From positions 1 to 50,376 of the IMG/VR virus record IMGVR_UViG_3300032001_000009: a stretch of 50,376 nt of DNA; one strand, given 5' to 3'. A program made the translations under genes and the position numbers. Under the pieces are notes generated by a model. The model was not told the origin of the DNA, searched no databases, and saw nothing but the letters and a program-made list of their open reading frames with translations. Origin of the DNA: a virus (Duplodnaviria; Caudoviricetes). Below are positions 1-9,438 of the stretch, piece by piece; within the stretch, counting starts at the first letter, position 1; each line of letters opens with the position of its first letter.

Positions 1-800
1 CCGTTGCCGAAGGTGCTGGCGTTCCAGCCCCCGCCCCCGCCCCCGCCGCCGTACATGCCGCCGTTGCCGCCGACACCTGATGCTCCGGAGGCAGGGCCAC
101 AGCCGCCACCCCCACCCGCGCCGCCGTTGGTGGAACCGGCGCTGCCCGGGGTTGCGCCGTTGATGACGCTGGTGGTGCCACCCGCGCCGCCGGTCACGGT
201 TTTCGACGAGCCGCCCTGACCGCCGTTGCTGTAGGCGTAGTAGGAGCCGCCGCCGCCGCCGCAGCCGACGTTGTTGGTGGTGTCGCTGACACCGGGACCG
301 GCGAGGCCGCCGGATTGTTCGCCGCCGCCCTGGCTGCCGGGCGCGGTGGTGGCGAACACGCCGCTAGCCGTACAGGTGCCACCGGCCCCACCGTTCTGTA
401 TGACGTTGGCGGCGGCGGGTCCCGGCTGGCCACCGCCCGCCGACAGCGACACCGACCCCGACGAGAAGGTACTTGCGCCCCCGGCGGTGGGTGTGTTGGC
501 GCCCCCGGCACCGACGACCGTGGAGTACGTGGCTCCGAGCAGGCTTTTTGGTATCCACGTTCTGGAGACTCTGCCGCCCCCGCCGCCGCCGCAGCCGTTT
601 CCGGTGTTGGCCGCGCCCTTCGACCCGCCGCCGCCGCCGCCAATCAGCGTGACGTACACCCCGCCCGTTGATGGCAGCCCGGCGGGGATCGGCTGGTTGG
701 TGCGTGCGGTGTTTTCCTCGCTGAAGTTCGCCCAGCCGACGAACGTGACGCCGTGGCGTATGCCGGTCGGGTTCGGGTAGCCCCGGCCCCACCGGACCAT
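1..800 (-). CDS. Glycine-rich minor tail protein (partial, runs off window edge)
   Basis: Not in the ORF track because it has no stop in the window. ATG at 800 overlaps the upstream TAA (TAATG). Translates MVRWGRGYPNP...VYVTLIGGGGGS...GGRVSRTWIPKSLLGATYSTVVGAGG..., a typical mycobacteriophage Gly-rich tail domain. Confidence 0.8.
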   Translation of the reverse strand, partial: MVRWGRGYPNPTGIRHGVTFVGWANFSEENTARTNQPIPAGLPSTGGVYVTLIGGGGGGSKGAANTGNGCGGGGGGRVSRTWIPKSLLGATYSTVVGAGGANTPTAGGASTFSSGSVSLSAGGGQPGPAAANVIQNGGAGGTCTASGVFATTAPGSQGGGEQSGGLAGPGVSDTTNNVGCGGGGGSYYAYSNGGQGGSSKTVTGGAGGTTSVINGATPGSAGSTNGGAGGGGGCGPASGASGVGGNGGMYGGGGGGGGWNASTFGN

Positions 801-1321
801 TAGACCTCGATGATGACGTAGGAGACGAAGCTGACCGCCACCGCCGACAGCGGGGTGAGGCGCACCCGCAGATAGTTGGTGGCCGGGACCTCCGCGTCAC
901 GGCCCAGCGGGTACTGCTTGTTGGTCCACAGGCCGCCCTCCCATTTGAAATCCAACAACCTGGTGGCGGTGATGGTGCCCTCGGCGGCGCTGGCCGCGAG
1001 CCCGAACCCGCTGGCGCTGGTGCCCAGCGTGAACGGCGGGGTGTCGGTGATGCCGGTGTTGTTGAACCGCGGGATGTCACCGGCAACGTAAGCGGTCAGC
1101 ACCGCGGCTGGCACTGTCCCGGTGTCGATGAGTTCGATCGCGCACGGCACCGGCGCGGCGGTCTGCAGCGAGTAGCCCCATTCAACGACGGTCACCCGCT
1201 GGGTCGGTTTGATCTGCTGAAGCGTGCGGGTGGTGTTGGCGACGGCTGAGGACACCGCAGGGACGGGCGGCGCGGACAACGCGGCGGTGGTGGCCGACCA
1301 CAGTGTGAACAAGGATGACAT
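800..1321 (-). CDS. Tail-region hypothetical protein (beta-rich)
   Basis: 173 aa ORF with RBS-like GAAGGGA, located in the tail operon and coupled to the next gene. Confidence 0.75.
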   Translation of the reverse strand: MSSLFTLWSATTAALSAPPVPAVSSAVANTTRTLQQIKPTQRVTVVEWGYSLQTAAPVPCAIELIDTGTVPAAVLTAYVAGDIPRFNNTGITDTPPFTLGTSASGFGLAASAAEGTITATRLLDFKWEGGLWTNKQYPLGRDAEVPATNYLRVRLTPLSAVAVSFVSYVIIEV

Positions 1322-1334
1322 GATGTTTCCCTTC

Positions 1335-2015
1335 TCAGGTGACGGCTGCTCTGGTTATAGCGACATCGACCACGCGGCCGGGTGCCGACACGCTGGCGGT
1401 GGCCGACAACGTGCCGGCGCCGGCGAACGCGGGGAAGCTGGCCAGGAACGGCGCCACGGTCACCGACAGCGCACCGTCCCCGGCCAGCGCCGCAGCGGGG
1501 CTGTAAAGCTGGCTCCAGGTTGTTGTGAGCGCGCCCGCCCCGGACAGTGCCGGGGACGCCAGCGGCAGCGCGACCGCGGTGACGGTGCCGCCGCCGGACA
1601 GCGACACCGGCATCGGGTAGAGCTGCATGGCGGTCACCGCGAAGCTGCCCGCCCCGGACGGGGCGATCGGAATCGTGTAGACGGGCACCGGCACGGCGGC
1701 CAGGGTTCCGGTGCCCGACAGGCCGATCGCGGCGAGGAACTGCTGCACTGCGAGCGCGGTGATCGACCCGACCCCGGTGGTGTTGATGTTCAGGGTGTAT
1801 TGCGGGTTGGGAATCGCGACCAGTGACCCGCTGCCCGACGATGTCGCCGACACGGTGGGGCCGCCTGAGGCCGTGACGGCCAGCGCGCCGATCCCGTTGA
1901 ACGGGGCGGTTTCGTCTTCGATCTGTCGGATCAGCCCCGTCAGTGAGCCGGGCGCCCCGAACGCGGGGATCGCCCCGGCGCCGACGACCACGTTGGCCGA
2001 CAGTGTGCCTACCAT
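1335..2015 (-). CDS. Minor tail protein with LxGxGxLxA repeats
   Basis: 226 aa. Recurrent motifs SGTGTLAA, SGAGSFAV, SGAGALTT, AGDGALSV, AGAGTLSA. Overlaps the upstream stop. Confidence 0.75.
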   Translation of the reverse strand: MVGTLSANVVVGAGAIPAFGAPGSLTGLIRQIEDETAPFNGIGALAVTASGGPTVSATSSGSGSLVAIPNPQYTLNINTTGVGSITALAVQQFLAAIGLSGTGTLAAVPVPVYTIPIAPSGAGSFAVTAMQLYPMPVSLSGGGTVTAVALPLASPALSGAGALTTTWSQLYSPAAALAGDGALSVTVAPFLASFPAFAGAGTLSATASVSAPGRVVDVAITRAAVT

Positions 2016-2929
2016 GTCGCCGCCCGCTGCACGGCCCGCGAGATGACGACGCCGGCGATGGGCGCCTCGACGACCGCGGACAGGGTGCCCGTCCCGGCCA
2101 GCGCCACGGCCGGTGAGTACAGCTGGGTGACGGTGATGCCGAGCGTGCCGGCGCCGCCTTGGCCGGCCGGTTGGCCGTAGGACTGCATGACCGCGGTGGA
2201 CAGCGCCGACCCGCCGGTGTATCCGGCGGTCTCGAGGTAGCGGGCGACCAGCGCCGCGCCGATGGCGCCGGAACCGGCCAGCCCGGCCAGGCTCTGATAC
2301 AGCGCGAACGCGGCGCCCGACAGCGCGCCGGAGCCGACGAGTTGCGGCAGTTCGGGGTAGACCGGGCCGGTGGAGACGCCCGACAGTTCACCGAATCCCG
2401 ACAGGCCGGCCAGCACGTCCTCGAGCTCGGAGAGCAGGCTGGCGACCAGGGTGCCCGACCCCGACGCCGCGATCAGCTGCGTGTACACCTGATACCACCA
2501 GGCGGACAGGCCGTCCCCGGCGGACCAGCCGCCCTCGGTGGCGGCCGCGAACATGCCGGTGCCGGCGAACGCGGCGACCAGGCCGGTGGGTGGGATCGCG
2601 AACGCGGTCAGGGTGCCGTCGCCGGACCACGGCTGCGCCCACGGCGCGATCTGGCTAAACGACGTGGACAGCAGCCCGCCGCCGCTGAACCCGACGATAC
2701 CGATGTTGTAGTGCACGGTCAGCGGCACCGCGAGGTTGCCGACACCGGCGAGCGGGGCCGGGGTGGGGACGATCGGTTTGATGGTGACGGTCAGGGTGCC
2801 ACTGCCGGAGTGGATGGTAATGTGCGGCAGAATCCAGCCTTGCTGGGGGTAGAAGTTGACGACGGGGGACACCGCCCAGCCTTGTGGCGGCGGGACGGTT
2901 ACGGTCGGGACGTCGACAACCCAGCCCAC
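2009..2929 (-). CDS. Minor tail protein with LxGxGxLxA repeats
   Basis: 306 aa with about 12 copies of a ~22-aa GxGxL repeat, in the tail operon. Confidence 0.75.
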   Translation of the reverse strand: MGWVVDVPTVTVPPPQGWAVSPVVNFYPQQGWILPHITIHSGSGTLTVTIKPIVPTPAPLAGVGNLAVPLTVHYNIGIVGFSGGGLLSTSFSQIAPWAQPWSGDGTLTAFAIPPTGLVAAFAGTGMFAAATEGGWSAGDGLSAWWYQVYTQLIAASGSGTLVASLLSELEDVLAGLSGFGELSGVSTGPVYPELPQLVGSGALSGAAFALYQSLAGLAGSGAIGAALVARYLETAGYTGGSALSTAVMQSYGQPAGQGGAGTLGITVTQLYSPAVALAGTGTLSAVVEAPIAGVVISRAVQRAATW

Positions 2930-3217
2930 TCAGGCGATCTGTTCCCAGCCCGCCAGGGTGGGCTGCAGGTCGTTCCACTGGGTGCCGTCCGGGCTCGACA
3001 CCCGCCACATGTGCAGACCGTCCACATTCGCGCGTACCGCGACTGCGCCGGTCTTGGGGTCGCGGCGCAGCGTGCCGACCGGATCACCGCCCATGACATT
3101 GCGGTAGGCGGCCAAGATGGCCCCGACCTGCGCGGCGGTGAACGGTGTTTTGGCGTCTGGTTCGGACGCGACGTGGGCGATCTGCTCCATCTGCGCGTCG
3201 TTGGGCATCTCTATCAC
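2930..3217 (-). CDS. Small tail-associated hypothetical protein
   Basis: 95 aa, GTGA overlap with the upstream gene. The GDPVGTLRRDPKTGAVAVR motif resembles small genes that follow mycobacteriophage minor tail genes. Confidence 0.75.
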   Translation of the reverse strand: MIEMPNDAQMEQIAHVASEPDAKTPFTAAQVGAILAAYRNVMGGDPVGTLRRDPKTGAVAVRANVDGLHMWRVSSPDGTQWNDLQPTLAGWEQIA

Positions 3218-5826
3218 GACATACTCCTATTGACGAGGGCCACCTCGAAGTAGCAGGTCCCCCCGCTCGGGTCGCCGATGGCGCCGAACGCGACGCCGCC
3301 GTTCTGGTAGCCGGGGCTGATGACGTCACCGGCCTTGAGGTAGATGAGGGCGGTGCAGCCCTCACCGGTGGGGGCCTGCGCGCCGAAACCGGAATACGTC
3401 CCGGTGCCGCCCATCGCGCGGACCCCGACGTTGTTCTTGATGATCGCCGCCGCGAACTGCCCGTTGTTCTGGTTGCTGTTGTAGCGCAGGCTGACCGCGT
3501 AGGTGCCCTCCACGCTGATGGTGAGCTGGTACAGCCCGTCCCACGTCAGGTCCGGTGAGCAGAAGTCCAGGGTGTCGAAGAACCCGGCCGGCGTGATGAT
3601 GTACGAGTTGGGGTTGGGGCCGACGGCGAAGTTGACCGTGCCGGTCGAGAGCCGGTACACCCGGAACGTGGAGCCGACCACCGGGGGTGGGGCGTTGTCG
3701 GCCACCGCCGTGCCGGCGATGGTTCCCCCCGACGACGGTCCGGTCACACAGGTGTTCTTGGCGCCCCAGTTGCGATAACCCGGCCCGAGCTGGCTGGCGG
3801 TGCCGGCCTCGATGTAGTCCAGCACCAGCTGCGTACCCGAGAACACCTGATAACGCCTGGGGTTGCCCTGCGCCCCGAACACGACCATCATGTTCGTCGA
3901 CCACGTGAGCGCGACCCCGGACACCCAGATGGTTTCCACCCCGGCCACGGTGCAGCCCAGGTCGGCCTCATACGTCAAAAACCCGGCGTTGTACGCGCGG
4001 CCCCACACGAAGTTCTGCGGGTTGTTGGGGTTGTCCACCCGGCCCAGCGCGTACATGTACGGGGTTCCGCCGGTGGACGCGCCGCCCGGCGCGGAGTTCA
4101 TCGCACCCGATACCCGCTGGTAGTCGGTGTTGGTGGGCTCGGTGTTCCAGATGGCGTACGCCTGCCGGTTGCCGTCGTTGTTCAGCGGGAACCAGCCGGC
4201 CAGCCCACCCTTGATGCCCAGTTTGGAGGTGCCGGTGCCGGTGTAGGTGACGGTGAAGTTGGACGGCAGCGGCCCGTCGGGGTAGTTCGCGAAGTCGACG
4301 GACACGGACACACCCGACACCAGCGCGCTTCTGGCCTGCACCTGCATCGCCTGGATCGCCTGCGTGTTGTTCAGCATGTTGTTGTACAGGCTGAACATCG
4401 ACGAATTGGCTTGGTTCAGGGTGCTGCCGGTGTACATGCCCGACACGCCGACCAGGGTGTTGGTGATGTAGTTGGTCAGGGTCTGGATGTCGGCGATGTT
4501 GCTGATGCCCAACAGGCCGGTCGGCACCGAGCTGATCGCGAGGATGCCGGACGTGATCTTGGTGGCGTCCAAGCCGGGAACGTAGTTGGCGCCGATCAGA
4601 CCGGTCGCGCCGAGCCCCTGCATTCGGTTGCTCATCGGGGTCAGCGCGGTGCCGATGTCGTAGTAGGTGCCGTCGGCCATCGTGTTGGCCATGTTCTGCA
4701 CATCGGAGGACAGCGCGCGCGAGTCGACGTTGGTGTTCAGGTTGTTCAGGTCACCGGGCAAACCGGCGGTCCAGCTTTCGGCCATCAGCTGGGTTTTGGT
4801 GACCGACCCGTCGTCCCAGTTGACCGTCCCGGCGGTCGCCGCGGGCAACACGTTGAGCTGCAACCTGATCCCGTCCACCCCCGACGACGGCACCGTGTAG
4901 CTGCCCTGCAGCATCGTCCACCCGGCATCGGTGGTCGGGTTGAGCACCGAGTTCAGCACCGTGGTCGCGGCGATCGCGGTGCCCAGGTAGGACACCAGCG
5001 ACAAGTTCATCGTCGCGCCGACCCCAGCCAGCCCGGTCCATTCCAGGTAGATCGAACAGGCCAGACTCTGGCCGGCCGCGACCGGGATCACCGGATCGGT
5101 CAGCAGGCTCTTGGGGGTGCCGTCCGCGGTGACCTTCACCGACCCGGACCCGTCGGCGGTGCGGGTGACGGTGCCGTCCCACGTCCAGATGCCTTGGCCG
5201 TCCACGGACACCGAGCTGGTGAAGTTCGGGTTCGACAAAAGGTTCGGGTTGGTGTTGGCCACCGAGCTCACCGGGACCAGCGGGGTCAGAAACGCCGACA
5301 GCACCCCGGTGATGATCTCGGCGGGGATCGCGACGATGCTCAGCATCGATTGCGGGAACGTGCCCGACGTGACTTTCGAGGCGTCCAACGGCGGAATGTT
5401 GTTCGGGTAAGCCTGCTGGGTGGTCGGGTCCATCGGCGTGAGCAGGTTCGTCGGATTCAGCAGGTTCAAGACGAAGTTGATGATCGACCCGAACAGGTCG
5501 AACCCGCCGGTCCCCGGACTCTGCGGCCCCGACCCCGCCGCGGGTGACTGCATCCCGTTGAACGCCAGGTTGTCTTGGTTGTAGCTAGCCAGCTGATTGA
5601 GGCTGCCGCCGTTAGGGTCCGGCGCCGCACCCGTGCCCAGCACCGTGTCGATGACCGAGTTGAACCCGCCGGTGACCACCCCACCGGTGCGCTGGGCCTG
5701 CTGCCCGATGACGTCCTCGACACCCTCGTCGAGCTGGTTCATCGGGTTCTTGTCGACCGAGAACTTGTTGGTGCCCGACGCCGAGTTCGACCCGGAGAAC
5801 AGATCAACCGCACCGAAGGAGGTCAC
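3214..5826 (-). CDS. Minor tail / receptor-binding protein with CBM-like and C-terminal C1q-like beta domains
   Basis: Start moved to GTG 5826 (GTGA overlap). NLLSNPNF...W.WDG..T galactose-binding-like module. The C-terminal TISVEGTYAVSL...ALIYLKAGDVISP...YFEVAL resembles a C1q/TNF-like jelly roll. Confidence 0.8.
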   Translation of the reverse strand: MTSFGAVDLFSGSNSASGTNKFSVDKNPMNQLDEGVEDVIGQQAQRTGGVVTGGFNSVIDTVLGTGAAPDPNGGSLNQLASYNQDNLAFNGMQSPAAGSGPQSPGTGGFDLFGSIINFVLNLLNPTNLLTPMDPTTQQAYPNNIPPLDASKVTSGTFPQSMLSIVAIPAEIITGVLSAFLTPLVPVSSVANTNPNLLSNPNFTSSVSVDGQGIWTWDGTVTRTADGSGSVKVTADGTPKSLLTDPVIPVAAGQSLACSIYLEWTGLAGVGATMNLSLVSYLGTAIAATTVLNSVLNPTTDAGWTMLQGSYTVPSSGVDGIRLQLNVLPAATAGTVNWDDGSVTKTQLMAESWTAGLPGDLNNLNTNVDSRALSSDVQNMANTMADGTYYDIGTALTPMSNRMQGLGATGLIGANYVPGLDATKITSGILAISSVPTGLLGISNIADIQTLTNYITNTLVGVSGMYTGSTLNQANSSMFSLYNNMLNNTQAIQAMQVQARSALVSGVSVSVDFANYPDGPLPSNFTVTYTGTGTSKLGIKGGLAGWFPLNNDGNRQAYAIWNTEPTNTDYQRVSGAMNSAPGGASTGGTPYMYALGRVDNPNNPQNFVWGRAYNAGFLTYEADLGCTVAGVETIWVSGVALTWSTNMMVVFGAQGNPRRYQVFSGTQLVLDYIEAGTASQLGPGYRNWGAKNTCVTGPSSGGTIAGTAVADNAPPPVVGSTFRVYRLSTGTVNFAVGPNPNSYIITPAGFFDTLDFCSPDLTWDGLYQLTISVEGTYAVSLRYNSNQNNGQFAAAIIKNNVGVRAMGGTGTYSGFGAQAPTGEGCTALIYLKAGDVISPGYQNGGVAFGAIGDPSGGTCYFEVALVNRSMS

Positions 5827-7355
5827 CGGCCTATCGCCCTTCTGCGGCGGGTGACAGCCGGTCCGGCCAGCCCCGGGGTCACGAACGTCGTAGGCTCGCT
5901 GACCGGGACCACCATGACGAAGCACTGCGCATCGGTCGGGGAGAAAATGTACAAACCGATCTCCCCGTCGTTGTAAAGATTCACGTAGATGGTGCCCTCG
6001 GCCGGGGAGCTGTGGTTCGCCGGGACGACGGCGATCCCGTTGGTGGGGGTGATCGCGCTGCCCGGATCGGACGGCGACGACCAGTGAGGCATTATGTTCA
6101 CCTCACCCAAAGTGTTACCGAAACCTCGAGCGATCGATGTGCCGGCGGTCGGATCGCCGAGGCGGACCTCACAACCGATCTGCAGCGGATTGAACGACAA
6201 CTCCAGCCCGAACGCCCCGATATGCCCCCACACGATCGGCGTCCAGGGAAACGGCTGCGGCGGGATCGCGAAGGACCCGATCGCGGCGCGCTGCGAAATG
6301 CCCGAGAAGCTGGTGAACGCCGCCTCGGGCATCGAATACGGTGACGGGATCAGCTGGCTGATGCTCATCGGCGCCCAGATCGGGTAGGCGATGGTGGCGC
6401 CGTTGACGACCGGCGGGGTCTGCCCGGTGCCCGGGGTGCCGGTGTCGACGTAGGTGGTCTGCGGCGCCATCACGGTGTGCAGCGCGACGTCCTCCTGCCC
6501 CGACACGCCGCCGCGGTAGATGTTGTACTGGACCGCGGCGGGGACCGCGTCCCACGCCAGGTACACCTGCGAACCCGGCCCGACGGTGATGCTGGCCTCA
6601 TTGGATGCGGTGGTTTCACCGTTCGCGGAGAACGCGGTCACCATGTAGTACTGCGGCCCGATCAGAGTGCCGCCGCTTGACGAGCCGGTGACCTGCAGGT
6701 TGGTCGGCGGCGCCAGGTGCATGGTGACGGTGCGCCCAGCGTAGGCCAGCACATCGCCCGGTTCGGGCGGGTTGGTCGCGAAGTCCACATCCGGGCACAG
6801 CGCCAGCGCGGGCGGCGGGCCGGCCGGGCCGGGCGGCACCGCCAGGTTCAGCGTCCAGCTCGGCTCCAGCGGGGTGCCGCCGGTGACGATCGTCGAGTTC
6901 TGGTCGGGGGGGACCAGATTCACGAACGGGGTGATGATCGGGCACGGCCCCGGCGGGCCGGGGGTGCCCAGCATCACACGGCGCCACGACGTGCCGTACC
7001 ACACATAGGCCGACGCGCCGATGATCGCTCCTTTGGAGTCCACATCATCCAAAAGCCAAAACTTGCCGATGTCGGCGACCGTGTTGGTCAAGGTCTGCGG
7101 CAGGTCCGCCGGGTCGTCCACACTGGTGTCGGTCATCAGGTGCAGCGCGAACGCCGCCGGGCCGGGCGGGCCGGTCGGGCCGATCACCGCGGGGAACACC
7201 AAAGAGCCGATGTCGCCGTAGATTTCGTAGGTCCCCGAGAACGGGGAGCCCAGCGCCTGATCCGGCGGGATCACCGACCCGAACAGATAGGTGCCGACCA
7301 GGTAGGACGCCAGGAAGTTCTGGTCGCCCGGTGACACGGGCAGCGCGGTTGTCAT
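5823..7355 (-). CDS. Minor tail protein with collagen-like GPxGP stretches and an inserted FN3-like domain
   Basis: GGAGG RBS 5 nt before ATG 7355. GPTGPPGP repeats. The FN3-like segment LAPPTNL...YYMVTA...LAWDAVP...YNIYRG...YVDTG lies at ~6438-6716. Confidence 0.85.
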   Translation of the reverse strand: MTTALPVSPGDQNFLASYLVGTYLFGSVIPPDQALGSPFSGTYEIYGDIGSLVFPAVIGPTGPPGPAAFALHLMTDTSVDDPADLPQTLTNTVADIGKFWLLDDVDSKGAIIGASAYVWYGTSWRRVMLGTPGPPGPCPIITPFVNLVPPDQNSTIVTGGTPLEPSWTLNLAVPPGPAGPPPALALCPDVDFATNPPEPGDVLAYAGRTVTMHLAPPTNLQVTGSSSGGTLIGPQYYMVTAFSANGETTASNEASITVGPGSQVYLAWDAVPAAVQYNIYRGGVSGQEDVALHTVMAPQTTYVDTGTPGTGQTPPVVNGATIAYPIWAPMSISQLIPSPYSMPEAAFTSFSGISQRAAIGSFAIPPQPFPWTPIVWGHIGAFGLELSFNPLQIGCEVRLGDPTAGTSIARGFGNTLGEVNIMPHWSSPSDPGSAITPTNGIAVVPANHSSPAEGTIYVNLYNDGEIGLYIFSPTDAQCFVMVVPVSEPTTFVTPGLAGPAVTRRRRAIGR

Positions 7356-7364
7356 CACGTCCTC

Positions 7365-8807
7365 CTACGGGATATGCGTCACGTTCGCCGACAGGGTGCC
7401 GGTGCCGCGCAGCGGCGCGCCGGGATGCCACGTAGCCGACAGGGTGCCGGCGCCGGCGAACCGCGCGGCCCACGACGTGTGCGCCGACAGCGTGCCCATG
7501 CCGAGCAGCTGCCCGGCCGCGTTGCCCATCGACACACCCTTCTCGGCGAACGCGTAGAAGAAACCCTCGCTTCGCAGCAGCGGGTACTCGGCGCGCTGCG
7601 GCTTGCGGGGGATCGGGCCCAGCGGCAGCACCATGATGAACAGCTGCGCCCCGCCCGGCTGGAAGAAGTACAACCCCAACTGGCCGTCGTTCCACAAATT
7701 CACATACAGCGTGGAGTCCGCCGGGTTGGTGTGATTCGCCGGGATCATCGCGTACTGGTTCTTCGGGGTGATCGCCTGACCCTGGCTGTTGGCGGTCGAC
7801 CCGACGTTGTTGTAGCTGGTCGAATAGTGCGGGAAAATGTTGACGTGCCCCAACATGGTGCCGATCCCGCGGCTGATCATCTTCCCGTTCGCCGGGTCGC
7901 CGAGCAGCACCTCGCAGCCGATCCGCAGCGGGTCCGCCGACAGGTTCAGGCCCGTCTCCCCGATGTGCCCCCACACGATCGGCGTCCACGGGAACGGCTG
8001 CGGCGGTAACGTGAACGAGCCGACCGGCGCCTGCTGCGCCACCCCGAAATAGCCGGAGAACGCCGCTTCGGGCATCGAGTAGGTTTGCGGCAGCAGCGCG
8101 CCGATACCCTCGGGCTGCCAGATCGAGAACCCGCTCTCGGTGTACTTGCCGGTGAACCCCATCAGGTCGCCCGTCACCGGCGTCTTGGTGACCTCGTCCA
8201 CGTCGGGGAAAATGTAGAGCGGGGTGATCGGACCGACCGGGCCGGCCGGCGCGGCCAGGAAGAACTCCCACGTCGGCTCCAGCCGCGGACCTGAGGTTTG
8301 GATGTAGCTGGCGTTGACGTTGCCCTTGTCGTCGTACTGCGGGATCAGCTCGACCTCGGGGGTGATGTCGGGCACCGGCCCCGGCGGCCCGTACGCGCCC
8401 ATCATCAGGCGCCGATAGCTCGTGCCGTACCAGATGTAGGCGGACTGGCCGACGATGTTGCCGAAGTCGTCGAGATCCTCGAGCAGGTAGTAGCGGCCGA
8501 TGTCGGTGGGGCTGTTCGACAGGATCGGCAACTGGGCGGGGCTGAAGATTTCGGGGTTGATGGATTCGCGGACCGCGAAGCTGATGTCCCCCGCAGGTCC
8601 CTGCGGCCCGGCCAGCGCGTCGCTGTTCAGATCACCCTGGTCGGCCATCACCTTCAACGCGGCGGTGTACCCATTGGGGGTGTCGGGCATCGTCGTCAAA
8701 GCCGACACGTCGACCTTCACCACCACCGAACCCAGCGGCACGATCTCCCCGATGGACGGCGGCGCCGGCGTCGGAACGGCCAGCGGGTCAAACGACGGGG
8801 CGCTCAT
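7365..8807 (-). CDS. Minor tail protein (paralog of 5823-7355)
   Basis: Shares SAY(I/V)WYGTS, YSMPEAAF, PPQPFPWTPIVWGHIG and IGCEV.LGDP with the downstream gene. Confidence 0.85.
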   Translation of the reverse strand: MSAPSFDPLAVPTPAPPSIGEIVPLGSVVVKVDVSALTTMPDTPNGYTAALKVMADQGDLNSDALAGPQGPAGDISFAVRESINPEIFSPAQLPILSNSPTDIGRYYLLEDLDDFGNIVGQSAYIWYGTSYRRLMMGAYGPPGPVPDITPEVELIPQYDDKGNVNASYIQTSGPRLEPTWEFFLAAPAGPVGPITPLYIFPDVDEVTKTPVTGDLMGFTGKYTESGFSIWQPEGIGALLPQTYSMPEAAFSGYFGVAQQAPVGSFTLPPQPFPWTPIVWGHIGETGLNLSADPLRIGCEVLLGDPANGKMISRGIGTMLGHVNIFPHYSTSYNNVGSTANSQGQAITPKNQYAMIPANHTNPADSTLYVNLWNDGQLGLYFFQPGGAQLFIMVLPLGPIPRKPQRAEYPLLRSEGFFYAFAEKGVSMGNAAGQLLGMGTLSAHTSWAARFAGAGTLSATWHPGAPLRGTGTLSANVTHIP

Positions 8808-9436
8808 CGCCGCTCACCCGTCTCCCGGTCCACCCACTCCTCAGTGATGACCGGCGTCACCGACCACGGCGGCGCCAGCTGTTGGCCCGGGTCGCCGTCA
8901 CGGATCGCGGCGAGCCGGCGCGTGTCGGGCGGCAGGTGATGATCGCTCGAGCGATGCTCGGGCGTCAGCTCTTCCGCGGCGTCGTCGGGGGCTCGGGAGT
9001 CCACCCACGTGTAGGCGCCCTCACGCACACCCGGCGCGGTGTAAGCCCGTTTCTTGATGTATTTACGCCCCGACGACCGGAACCCCAAAAGCGCCAGCGT
9101 CCACGCGATCGCCACCTTGGGCTGCGTCATGTGCATCCCGCTCAGGTCCACGACGTGCCCGTCGGGGTCGTTGGGGTAGTCCAGCGCGTCGTAGATCTCG
9201 AGGTAGGCGGCCTGCACCTTCAACATCTCGAGCGCCCGTCTGCGTTCCTCCCCGGTCAACCCGGCCTGCTCGATGGTTTTCGGGGTCAGCTCGCCGCGCT
9301 CCCCGAACTGCAACCGCGGCGCACCACCGTTGCGCGGGTCGTACGGATTGGTGCCGGTGAACCCGTACCGGGAGTTGGTCCGGTTGTTGTACGGACCCGA
9401 CGAGCGGGACTGACCTTCAACAATTTTCTCGTCCAT
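8804..9436 (-). CDS. Minor tail protein, DUF2744-like
   Basis: 210 aa, positioned after the baseplate-hub gene. LGFR...IKKR...G.YTWV pattern. Confidence 0.6.
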   Translation of the reverse strand: MDEKIVEGQSRSSGPYNNRTNSRYGFTGTNPYDPRNGGAPRLQFGERGELTPKTIEQAGLTGEERRRALEMLKVQAAYLEIYDALDYPNDPDGHVVDLSGMHMTQPKVAIAWTLALLGFRSSGRKYIKKRAYTAPGVREGAYTWVDSRAPDDAAEELTPEHRSSDHHLPPDTRRLAAIRDGDPGQQLAPPWSVTPVITEEWVDRETGERR

Positions 9437-9438
9437 AA

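Noticed and set aside
4-780. Pro-rich plus-strand ORFs (4-219, 271-780)
   Set aside because: They are the antisense shadow of the Gly-rich minus-strand tail gene starting at 800.
1-800. PE-PGRS-like Gly-rich sequence suggesting host DNA
   Set aside because: No PE domain is present. The gene is coupled to phage tail genes and fits the phage Gly-rich tail domain.
3214-8807. Diversity-generating retroelement acting on tail genes
   Set aside because: No reverse transcriptase in the window, and the paralog differences are not adenine-specific.
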